From Thermoflexia bacterium (GTDB taxonomy: Bacteria > Chloroflexota > Anaerolineae > B4-G1 > SLSP01), in the NCBI GenBank assembly GCA_011192175.1, contig DUEJ01000107.1, positions 1-54,520 of the forward strand: DNA of 54,520 nt, read 5' to 3'. The position numbers and the translations under genes were made by a program. Below are positions 1 through 8,205 of the stretch, one piece after another. The stretch's first letter is position 1. Each line of letters begins with the position of its first letter. The notes under the pieces were generated by a model. It saw only the letters and a list, made by a program, of their open reading frames with translations. It was not told the origin of the DNA and did not search any database.

Positions 1-1041
1 ACTCTGGTTAAGTCCTGCTGGATATAACTGATGTAGTTGATAAACAGCGGAGTCCGCCGGCAAAAGGCGATGATTGTTAATCTCGTCCCTGGTCATTTTC
101 CTGCGACTGCCATCAGAAAGTTCAACACGATCCCAATGAGAATCGCTTTCTACCGCCTTGGATTTGAACAACTGACGGTACTTTATCTGTGATTTGATAC
201 GCGCATACCAAATCAGGTAATCCACTGTTCCCTCAAGATACTTTGAACCAAGAGGCATTCCCTTCTTTCGGAACGTGATTAGCGCAACGAAATTCTCGCT
301 CCCCAATACCTCATCCATCAACTCCCGCACGTGATGCACATTCTCGTCGCCGATCTGCACGAACACACTCCCGCTCTCGTGCAGCAGCTCGCGGGCCAGC
401 AGCAGGCGGTCGCGCAGGTAGCTCAGGTAGGAGTGAATGCCCAGTTCCCAGGTGTCGCGGAAGGCGCGGATCTGCTCCGGCTCGGCGGTCAGGTCCTCGT
501 CCCTGCGGTCCTTCACGCTGCGCTTGTTCACGAACGGCTGAAAGTTGGAACCGTACTTGATGCCGTAGGGCGGGTCAATGTAGATCATCTGCACCTGCCC
601 GGCCAGCCCCTCTTTTTCCAGCAGGGAGTTCATCACCAGCAGGCTGTCGCCGGCGACGAGGCGGTTGGACCAATTGTGCCGGTGGCGGTAGAACTCAATG
701 GCCTGGCGGATGGGCGGGTTTTCTTCGAGTTGGGCAAAGAGGGAGAGTTGCTCTGCCTGCGGGCCGTTCTGCTTGCGCACCGCCTCGATGATGGTGCGCG
801 GGTCAATCCGCTCGTGGACGTGGAGCGAGACGGTGGGCACCTTGAAGGAAGTGTGCTCGGCCTTGCCGGCCCAGTGCAGTTGCGGGTCGAGGTGGGGATC
901 GTAGGCGTAGGTGCGCGGGCCGGCGTCGGGGTCAGTGTCCGGCGTCACCAGGCCGACGGGCGGGTTGTTGACCCGCTCCTTGCCGGTGTGCTGGTAGGAT
1001 TCAATCGGGCGTTTGGTTTTGGTTGATCTTCGTCGGGCCAT
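1..1041 (-). CDS. Site-specific N6-adenine DNA methyltransferase (type III R-M Mod-like); 5' part only, runs off the left edge
   Basis: Not in the ORF track because there is no stop in the window. Manual minus-strand translation from ATG 1041 gives MARRRSTKTKRPIESYQHTGKERVNNPPVGLV...NRLVAGDSLLVMNSLLEKEGLAGQVQMIYIDPPYGIKYGSNFQPF...SYLRDRLLLARELLHESGSVFVQIGDENVHHVRELMDEV, with the DPPY catalytic motif; frame open to position 1. Confidence 0.9.
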   Translation of the reverse strand, partial: MARRRSTKTKRPIESYQHTGKERVNNPPVGLVTPDTDPDAGPRTYAYDPHLDPQLHWAGKAEHTSFKVPTVSLHVHERIDPRTIIEAVRKQNGPQAEQLSLFAQLEENPPIRQAIEFYRHRHNWSNRLVAGDSLLVMNSLLEKEGLAGQVQMIYIDPPYGIKYGSNFQPFVNKRSVKDRRDEDLTAEPEQIRAFRDTWELGIHSYLSYLRDRLLLARELLHESGSVFVQIGDENVHHVRELMDEVLGSENFVALITFRKKGMPLGSKYLEGTVDYLIWYARIKSQIKYRQLFKSKAVESDSHWDRVELSDGSRRKMTRDEINNHRLLPADSAVYQLHQLYPAGLNQS

Positions 1042-1169
1042 TTGTGATTTTCCTTTTGTGGTGATGGGAAGTGCTGGTGGGAGGGCGATCTCGCGGAAGG
1101 ACTGCTAGTCACCCAACAGCCCCCGCACCGGGATCTTCAGGTAGCCTCGCTTCCGCAATCCAGCCTAGA

Positions 1170-1472
1170 TTAGTTGAAGTTGTCTCGTCTTTTGATTCGT
1201 GGCCGCGAATAGCTGGCCGTTCGCCTCCCCCCAATCATACCCCTCCACTGCCATCGCGCAACCGCTTGCCGCAGTTCAGTGATCACCGCCGGGGCTGATT
1301 GTGGCTCGAGTTGTCCACTGTGAAAGGCCGCCAATGATTCCTGGGCATCGCGGGCAATTTCACGACGCCGGGCTTCAGTACGCCAGGCACGCATCAGATC
1401 AATGAGCATCTCTTGCTGTTCGGCCGGAAATTGTTTGGCCGTCTCTACCACTTGCTCAAAAGTCATCGCCAT
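1170..1472 (-). CDS. Small helical antitoxin-like hypothetical protein; C-terminus probably non-native read-through
   Basis: MTFEQVVETAKQFPAEQQEMLIDLMRAWRTEARRREIARDAQESLAAFHSGQL resembles small antitoxin-like proteins usually paired with RelE-type toxins; GAGGGA RBS-like sequence upstream. The last ~30 aa are read through a promoter-like repeat. Confidence 0.55.
   Translation of the reverse strand: MAMTFEQVVETAKQFPAEQQEMLIDLMRAWRTEARRREIARDAQESLAAFHSGQLEPQSAPAVITELRQAVARWQWRGMIGGRRTASYSRPRIKRRDNFN
1230..1265 (-). promoter_or_regulatory. Promoter-like direct repeat, copy 1 (TTGCGC-N16-TATGAT), upstream of the methyltransferase
   Basis: cccaatcatacccctccactgccatcgcgcaaccgc; near-identical to 1587-1623. 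Confidence 0.55.
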
Positions 1473-1586
1473 TATTATTCCCTCTCTTTAATTTTCTCTG
1501 CTCGTACCTGTCACATCTACGAAGGCGAGTGCAAGTCGCTTGGTTCAGGAGTGTTCGTTGGTGGGATGAAGGTTGTCGTTTCCCAG

Positions 1587-1623
1587 CCCAATCATACCCC
1601 TCCACCCCCCATCGCGCAACCGC
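1587..1623 (-). promoter_or_regulatory. Promoter-like direct repeat, copy 2 (TTGCGC-N17-TATGAT), upstream of the small gene
   Basis: cccaatcatacccctccaccccccatcgcgcaaccgc; the reverse complement has sigma70-like -35/-10 hexamers with a 17-nt spacer. Confidence 0.55.
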
Positions 1624-1932
1624 CACTGGGCCCTGCTAACCGGTCCCTGCCTGCAAATTGGCACTACTACAAGTCGCGGCTACTTTTGTATCATTAACCA
1701 ATTTGTAATTCCAGGATTGAACCATTGAGGGCCCCAAGTAAAATTAAGGGGAAGGTTGAGAATTTTGCGAAATCTCAACCAAAACATAACCATTTTGCAG
1801 CTAGACCTTGGAAATCTTTGCCCCCTGAGCATTCTTTGCAGTTAGAAAATCTTTTTTCGGCATAACCATAAATCAGTATTTATCTGCGAAAATCTGCGTC
1901 CAAAAAATGGACAAAAACTCTGGTAGCTTGAA

Positions 1933-3570
1933 CTAAAGAGGCCCTTGCCCTCCCCGGGGAGCAGGTTGCCGCGCTAACACGCTCAACGCCAGGTTATCGG
2001 CGTGATCGCAGACCCGCTCCAGGGTCCGGAGCGTTTCGTTGTAACTGAAGCTCGCTTCCGGTTGGCAGACGCCGTTATTCAGACGTTCAAGGTGTTCCTC
2101 GCGCGCCGTCATGTACAGCCTGTCAAATTCGTCCTCCAACACGCAAACTTTTTGGGCCAATGCCGCATCATCGTCTTGAACAGCCCGCAACGCCAGCCCA
2201 TAAGTCTGCTGAGTATGTGCGAACAACTCCTGCAACTCCTCCTGCGCCTCCTTGCTGAAGAGTGCCTCTTCCTGCGCCTTGCGTTGAGCGAACTGCGCCA
2301 GGTTTTCGGTCAAGTCCCCCACCCGCTCGATATCGGTGGTGAGACTTTTGATCTGAAAGCAGCGTCGCTGTTGCTCAACGCTCAAATCCTTCCGCATGAG
2401 CGTGTTGACGAAGTCTTCCAGCACAACACAAACGGGATCAATAAAGCCCTCCTCGAGCTCTAAAACGCGCTGAGTGGCTGCCGCATCATCTTCCACCAGG
2501 GCCGCGCGGCTCCACTTTACCATCTCGGCGGTGGTCTCCCCGATGCGCAGGAGCTCCTTGTGAGCCTCGGCCAGCGCCACCGAGGGCATACTGAGTTGCT
2601 GTAGGTCAATGTAGGCGGTGAGCTTCGGCTGCTGCTCGGCCGCGCTCGGCGGCACCAGCGCCTCAACGCCCCGCGTGATGTATTTCACAAAAGGAAAGAG
2701 CATTACGCTCACCGTGATGTTGAAGATCGTATGCGCATTGGCAATCTGGCGCGCCAGATCGGGAGAAGTACGGGCCACCAGCTCGGCGAAGGGGATGAGA
2801 AAGGGCAGAAAGATAAGCACGCCGGTAACGTTGATGAACGTCTGCGCCAGAGAAGCCCGGAAAGCCATCCGGGAGAGGTTGAAAGAGGCGACGAACTGCG
2901 TATCAATGCAAGTACCGATGTTGGCTCCCAGCAGCAACGCGATGGCGCCCGGCAAGGTGATGGCCTGACTCATGCCCATGGCGACGACCAGCCCGGTCAT
3001 GGCCGAGCTGCTCTGGACGATAGCCGTGATCACGGTTCCGGCCAGCACGCCGGCCCAGACATTCTGCCCCATGAAGGTCAACCACGTTTCCACTGCCGGT
3101 AACGTAGCCAGCACCTTCAGCGCGCCGGACATCAAATCCATTCCTAAGAACAGAAGCCCGAACCCCATGGCAATTTCACCGTACTTCCGCCACTTCTCCT
3201 CCGGCATAAATTCGATGAAGACAATTCCCAGCGCCAGGAAGAAGTAGAAGAAATCGCCGATATCGAAGGCCGCGATTTGACCGGTGAACGTGGTGCCGAT
3301 CTCCTGCCCAATCATCACGCCGACCGATTGCTCTAAAGTCATCAAATTGGCGCTGAGCAAGCCCATCATCGTGAGCATCAAGAGACTACTGCTCTGGATC
3401 AAGGCCGTCGCGCCGAAGCCAAACAGCGCGGCCTTGATCGGGCGGTTCGTCATCCGGTCCAGCCATTGTTGGAGCTGATGGCCGGCCAGTTTTTCCATGC
3501 CGTTACTGAGCATCTGGATACCGAACAAAAAGAGAGCTAATCCACCCACAACTTGCAAACCGTTTACCAT
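1933..3570 (-). CDS. Na/Pi cotransporter family protein (NptA-like) with C-terminal PhoU-like domains
   Basis: Repeated QSSS motifs (ALIQSSS, AIVQSSSA), GANIGT, IANAHTIFN, and a soluble helical tail (IERVGD, LERVCDHA). ATG 3570 follows an AGGAG RBS. Confidence 0.9.
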   Translation of the reverse strand: MVNGLQVVGGLALFLFGIQMLSNGMEKLAGHQLQQWLDRMTNRPIKAALFGFGATALIQSSSLLMLTMMGLLSANLMTLEQSVGVMIGQEIGTTFTGQIAAFDIGDFFYFFLALGIVFIEFMPEEKWRKYGEIAMGFGLLFLGMDLMSGALKVLATLPAVETWLTFMGQNVWAGVLAGTVITAIVQSSSAMTGLVVAMGMSQAITLPGAIALLLGANIGTCIDTQFVASFNLSRMAFRASLAQTFINVTGVLIFLPFLIPFAELVARTSPDLARQIANAHTIFNITVSVMLFPFVKYITRGVEALVPPSAAEQQPKLTAYIDLQQLSMPSVALAEAHKELLRIGETTAEMVKWSRAALVEDDAAATQRVLELEEGFIDPVCVVLEDFVNTLMRKDLSVEQQRRCFQIKSLTTDIERVGDLTENLAQFAQRKAQEEALFSKEAQEELQELFAHTQQTYGLALRAVQDDDAALAQKVCVLEDEFDRLYMTAREEHLERLNNGVCQPEASFSYNETLRTLERVCDHADNLALSVLARQPAPRGGQGPL

Positions 3571-3700
3571 AATTGCTCCTATGAAAGCCCTCACCACAGA
3601 GGCCCAGAGGGCCCTGAGATTTTAATCATTTACCCTACCTAACTCACGCCGGCTTTCATGCGCGCGGGTGACTGTGGACAGTCATCCCCTATACGCTGAA

Positions 3701-4516
3701 TTACTCATCACGCAGGAAAATGTACCAGTACATTCCAGAGATGATGACCCCGCCGCCGATGATGTTGCCGATAGTAACCGGCAGCAGGTTCTTGAAGATA
3801 AAGTTCTCCCAGGTCAGCGCCTCGTAACCCGCCGCACCGGTGCCGGCCTTGATGAACAGCCCCACGGCGATGAAGTACATGTTCGCTACGCTATGCTCAA
3901 ATCCGGCCGCCACAAATCCTGCGATGGGGAGGGTAAGAGCCGCGATCTTGCCCACAACCGTGCGAGCGGAGAAAGTGACCCAGACGGCCAGACAGACCAG
4001 CATATTGCAGAGGATCCCCAGGGCGATAGCCTGCACGAATCCCAAGCCGCATTTACTGTTGGCGATGGCCATGGCCTTCTCGCCTAGCGCGCCGCCGGAG
4101 AAAGTGTACTGCTTGCTCAAGAAAACTAGCCCCGCCAAGAACACCGAGCCGGCGAAGTTCCCCAGGTAAACCCAGCCCCAGTTACGTAGCAACTGGCTGG
4201 CGGTCACCTGCTTGTGGAGCCAGGCTATCACGATCAGGTTGTTGCCCGTGAACAATTCCGCGCCGCCTATGATCACCAGAACCAGACCCAAACAGAAGAC
4301 CAGACCGATCAACAGTTTGGCGACGCCAAAGGGCAGATCACCGGCGCCGGTAGCGATGGTAGTCGCAAAGATCGCGCCGAAACCAATGAAGATGCCGGCT
4401 AACATTCCCGACACGATAAGCGTCGCAGTCGCCTTATGCACTTTGGCGCTACCGACGTTCACGGCTTTCTCTGCCATTTTGGCAGGAGGAAGAGAGTTAC
4501 TGTTAATCTCAGGCAT
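3701..4516 (-). CDS. Formate/nitrite transporter (FNT family, FocA-like)
   Basis: GAELFTGN, GILCNMLVCLAVW, GFEHSVANMY and VTIGNIIGG FNT signatures. Confidence 0.92.
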   Translation of the reverse strand: MPEINSNSLPPAKMAEKAVNVGSAKVHKATATLIVSGMLAGIFIGFGAIFATTIATGAGDLPFGVAKLLIGLVFCLGLVLVIIGGAELFTGNNLIVIAWLHKQVTASQLLRNWGWVYLGNFAGSVFLAGLVFLSKQYTFSGGALGEKAMAIANSKCGLGFVQAIALGILCNMLVCLAVWVTFSARTVVGKIAALTLPIAGFVAAGFEHSVANMYFIAVGLFIKAGTGAAGYEALTWENFIFKNLLPVTIGNIIGGGVIISGMYWYIFLRDE

Positions 4517-4640
4517 AAAAACCTCCTTGATACCTGGTCATCACGGCATAACTGGTTAGATTAACTACTTCCGGCGGCAAGGTTATCTCCTGTGGTAACC
4601 ACCCTCATAAATATCCTATGTGGTGATAAATCAAACCCAA

Positions 4641-4746
4641 GTATCATCTCAATATTTCGGGGGCTTGTAGCGCGGAATGGAATGGTATTCCACCCGCCGG
4701 ATTGACAATCCGGGATACAACCGACCCTAATTTTTTGAGATGATAC
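4641..4746. mobile_element. 106-bp non-coding MITE/REPIN-like element, copy A
   Basis: 12-bp terminal inverted repeats gtatcatctcaa...ttgagatgatac and internal palindromes (ccggattgacaatccgg); near-identical inverted copy at 17295-17400. Confidence 0.75.
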
Positions 4747-4813
4747 AGCCAAGCAGTGTTTCTAACCCTCAAAAGGGAGCTGATTTTCCATATGCGATTG
4801 CCCCCCTCAAATC

Positions 4814-5122
4814 TCACTCTGCCTTGACACCCGCCCTGCGTTTTTGGGGGATAAGCATTATCAGAGAACGTAGAGCCGCGTTCACAGATTCCGAATCGGG
4901 GAAATAGTCTCGCACATCTGGTTCTAGCAGCACTGCGCCTTCTTCGAGCGTAAAATGCTGCACAGTGGTCGTTCCGTCAGATTGGTGAATCTTGACCGTA
5001 TGCCCCGCACGATAGGCTTTGTAATACTTACCTCGAACCCCGCCCTCCATACTGGCAAAATCGTATTCGGAGCGCATATCATCGTTTTCCAAGTTTGCTT
5101 GTTTAGAGGTTCCTTTTTTCAT
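4814..5122 (-). CDS. BrnA-like antitoxin
   Basis: DDMRSEYDF...GVRGKY...LEPDVRDYFPDSESVNAALRSL; overlaps the end of the upstream BrnT gene. Confidence 0.8.
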   Translation of the reverse strand: MKKGTSKQANLENDDMRSEYDFASMEGGVRGKYYKAYRAGHTVKIHQSDGTTTVQHFTLEEGAVLLEPDVRDYFPDSESVNAALRSLIMLIPQKRRAGVKAE

Positions 5123-5387
5123 AATTTCTCCGTTCAGATCTGGTCGCTTTGCGACAACTGATAATGCGTACATTTACTTCTCGCTCTGTATGCACCATAA
5201 TTAAAATTCGGCGTTTCAAAGAATAGCCGATGTTGAGGTAACGTTGTTCGCGGTGAGAATGCTCCGGGTCAGGAAACGTCATCAGGAATGGATCACTGAA
5301 AACCGTCTTGGCTTCCTCAAAACTGATTTTATGCTTCCTCAGATTTGCTTGAGCCTTTTCTTCGTCCCACTCAAATGTCAGACTCAT
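5103..5387 (-). CDS. brnT: BrnT family ribonuclease toxin
   Basis: FEWDEEKAQANLRKHKISFEEAKTVF...RIISCRKATRSERRNY signature. Confidence 0.9.
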   Translation of the reverse strand: MSLTFEWDEEKAQANLRKHKISFEEAKTVFSDPFLMTFPDPEHSHREQRYLNIGYSLKRRILIMVHTEREVNVRIISCRKATRSERRNYEKRNL

Positions 5388-5487
5388 CGAGTACCTTTCT
5401 CCAATTCTTGAACATAAATTTACCCATCATTGGTACGACCTACCATATTGCTCACATGGTTGGTGTACCGAGACGTAAATTTTTCAT

Positions 5488-5551
5488 CACAGATTAGACA
5501 GATTGCACTGATTTTTGATTTCTTTCACGTTAATTTGCGCAATTCGCGGTT
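5488..5551. repeat. Degenerate inverted element built of ~9-nt units (cacagat/atctgcg family)
   Basis: cacagattagacagattgcactgat...aatttgcgcaattcgcggtt; same style as 32053-32132 and 37812-37888. Confidence 0.4.
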
Positions 5552-5751
5552 GATTTTGGCTTGACCATGCGAAACCCTAAAGAACCAAATTTGGGGGAAA
5601 TTACCCCGGCGGCTGGCTGGCGGTAAAATCCACGCACCGCCAGCTAACTTTCAAACGTAGCTGGGAGCTGATCAGCAAATCGCCCCGCGGCCCCTTTGCT
5701 ATTTCAACCACCTCACAGGCAGCTCCATCCGCACCTGCGGCAAGCAGCTCC

Positions 5752-7782
5752 TCAGCGTTCCGCATCCAGAGCGCGGTGAATTGCCTGCCCCAGAGCCTCT
5801 ATCTCAAAAGGCTTCTGGAGTAGCTCCCGGAAGCCGCTTTGGCGCAGCTCTGTCGTGAGCTGCGCATCCACATAGCCGGTGAGTCCCAGCGCGCCCAGCT
5901 GCGGGTCTCTCTTTTGCAACTCACGCAGCAACTCCTCCCCTCCCATTTCAGGCATCACTAGATCTGTGACGACCAAATCAATATCCCGCTCCGTCTCATA
6001 AATCTTCAGCGCGGCATGCCCGTGGGGCGCGCTCAGTACCCGGTAGTTGAGTGCTTTCAAGAACGTCTCGATCACATCCCGGAGCAGTTGGCTATCCTCC
6101 ACCACCAACAGCGTCTCCCCTTGCCCGGCTACCATTCCCGCAGTGGGGTTAGCCACCCACTCTTCCTCCAATTTACCAGCCGGCAGGTAGATATAAACCG
6201 TTGTCCCCTCTCCCAGCTTAGTCTCTACGTCAATATGTCCCTTATGCATCTTGATGATGCCGTACACCTGCGCTAATCCCAGCCCCGTACCTTGACCTAC
6301 TTCCTTGGTAGTGAAGAAAGGTTCAAAAAGATGCGCATACACCTCCGCGGGCATGCCTATCCCGGTATCCGCCACAGTCAGGCAAATCCATTCGCCAGTC
6401 GACATAGCCGCCACCGGTGGCTTAGCAGCGGGACCGAGAGTTAGTTTGGAGAGCGTAACCCGTAATTCCCCGCCTTGAGGCATCGCATCACGGCTGTTCA
6501 ACACCAAGTTCATTAACGCCTGCTCCAGGCGGTTGGCATCAGCCTCCACGATATACTCCTCGGCTTCCGCCGCCAGAGTGAAGCGGATATGTTCTGGAAT
6601 CGTGCGCCGCAGGACCTCGAGCACGTTGCCCGTGAAAGGTTTTAAGTCCAGCGTTTGCCGCTCAATCATTGAACGGCTACTGAAATCGAGAATTTGCTGC
6701 ACTAAATTCGCCGCTTTTTTCGATTGACTGCTGATAATCTCAAAGATCTTCGCCAACTCCGGCGGCAGAGTGGGTTTCCGTAAGGCCAGCTGCGCATAGA
6801 GAATGATGACCGCCAGAATGTTACGAAAATCGTGAGCAATACCCGCGGCCAGTTGCCCCACCACGGCTAACCGCTCTTGACGGCGCAACTGCTCTTCAAG
6901 TTGCTGACGCTCGGTGATGTCGCGGCCGAGGGCGATGGAACCCGTGGGGGTACCCTGCCGATCCACCAGATTGCGGTAGTTCCACGAGATGGTGCGGGTT
7001 GCACCGTCCTTGCGCCGGATAGTTGTCTCCCAATCCTCTACTACTGCACCTCTGTTAATGATAGTCGTGGCTTGGGTCACGATCTTGTCACGATAGACCG
7101 CGTCCGGGTAGAGCCACTCCCATATTTTGTTGTGCCCCAGGACTTCTGCGCAGGTGTAACCACTGATTTCTGCGGCAGCTCTGTTCCAGACAACGATATT
7201 AGCTTCAACATCAAGCACATTCAACCAAACATTGGCGTTATCAATCACACTGCCCCGAAACTGGCTGAGTTTATAGATATCCTCTTCCGCCCGCTCGCGC
7301 TCGGCGATCTCGACCACGAGTTGGGCGTTAGCCTGGGAGAGTGCGGCGGTGCGTTCTGCCACCAACTCCTCGAGGCGCTCCCGGTATTGTTGCAGTTCCT
7401 CCTCAACGCGCCATTGGCGTAAGATGCGCTCCACGGTGGCCGGCAGGACGGTGAGGTAGTTGCCCTGCGGGTCTTTGATAAGATAATCGCCCGCGCCAGC
7501 TTTCATCGCCCTGACGGCGGTCTCTTGGTCACCGCTGCCCGTGATCACGACGATCGGCGTGTCTCCCGCCACGGCGAACAGATCGAAGGCCGTGCCCCCG
7601 CCGAGCATATAATCCAACAACGCGATGTCGAAACGCTCGTTGGTCAGGCAGTCACGGGCTTCCGAAAGCGACCCCGCGATCACATAGTCATAGGGCAGGT
7701 TCTCCCGCTTGACAAAGCGCTGGAAGGCTAGCTGATCAACCTTGTCATCTTCAACCAGCAAAATTTTGATTCTTTTTTCCAT
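5752..7782 (-). CDS. Hybrid sensor histidine kinase (REC-PAS-HisKA-HATPase-REC)
   Basis: N-terminal receiver (LLVEDD, ALLDY), PAS, H-box AAGIAHDFRN, NLVLNSRDAM, DTGIG, FEPFFTTK, GTGLGL, and C-terminal receiver (VVTDLVMP). Confidence 0.92.
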   Translation of the reverse strand: MEKRIKILLVEDDKVDQLAFQRFVKRENLPYDYVIAGSLSEARDCLTNERFDIALLDYMLGGGTAFDLFAVAGDTPIVVITGSGDQETAVRAMKAGAGDYLIKDPQGNYLTVLPATVERILRQWRVEEELQQYRERLEELVAERTAALSQANAQLVVEIAERERAEEDIYKLSQFRGSVIDNANVWLNVLDVEANIVVWNRAAAEISGYTCAEVLGHNKIWEWLYPDAVYRDKIVTQATTIINRGAVVEDWETTIRRKDGATRTISWNYRNLVDRQGTPTGSIALGRDITERQQLEEQLRRQERLAVVGQLAAGIAHDFRNILAVIILYAQLALRKPTLPPELAKIFEIISSQSKKAANLVQQILDFSSRSMIERQTLDLKPFTGNVLEVLRRTIPEHIRFTLAAEAEEYIVEADANRLEQALMNLVLNSRDAMPQGGELRVTLSKLTLGPAAKPPVAAMSTGEWICLTVADTGIGMPAEVYAHLFEPFFTTKEVGQGTGLGLAQVYGIIKMHKGHIDVETKLGEGTTVYIYLPAGKLEEEWVANPTAGMVAGQGETLLVVEDSQLLRDVIETFLKALNYRVLSAPHGHAALKIYETERDIDLVVTDLVMPEMGGEELLRELQKRDPQLGALGLTGYVDAQLTTELRQSGFRELLQKPFEIEALGQAIHRALDAER

Positions 7783-7785
7783 CCT

Positions 7786-8205
7786 TCACCTCTCAGGCGG
7801 TAACTCGCTCAACGTCCAATATAGGTCAATAACTCTCACCATTTCGACAAATTGCCTATAGTCCACCGGCTTGATCATGTAACCAGCCACCCCTAGGTTA
7901 AAACTAGCTACTTTGTCCTGTTCTTCCCTGGAGGTTGTCAGCACCACTACCGGGATTCGCTTTAGGAGCCCGTCTTGTTTGACTACGTTCAGGAACTCGA
8001 GGCCATTCATGCAGGGCATATTCAAATCCAGCAGAATGACACAAGGGAGTTCATTCTCCGGATTTCTCAAGAACGCCAGCCCCTTTTCCCCGTCTCTGGC
8101 GATGTCCAGGCGATTCGCGACCTTGAGCTCTCGCAGCGCGCGTCTGACGGTCATGGCATCTACCCGATCGTCTTCGACCAGCAAAATAGGTTTAGTCCCT
8201 CTCAT
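7786..8205 (-). CDS. Single-domain response regulator (Rcp1-like)
   Basis: ILLVEDD...ILLDLNMP...VVVLTTS...YMIKPVD...IDLYW. ATG 8205 overlaps the kinase stop and follows a GAGGAGG RBS. Confidence 0.9.
   Translation of the reverse strand: MRGTKPILLVEDDRVDAMTVRRALRELKVANRLDIARDGEKGLAFLRNPENELPCVILLDLNMPCMNGLEFLNVVKQDGLLKRIPVVVLTTSREEQDKVASFNLGVAGYMIKPVDYRQFVEMVRVIDLYWTLSELPPER

Noticed and set aside
331-1026. 231-aa plus-strand ORF
   Set aside because: Antisense shadow of the methyltransferase, which has clear motifs on the minus strand.
4561-4752. 63-aa ORF sharing a peptide (VSSQKIR.GCIPDCQSGG.NTIPF.ATSP) with ORF 17106-17384
   Set aside because: The similarity is just translation of the 106-bp repeat element; it is not evidence of a protein family.
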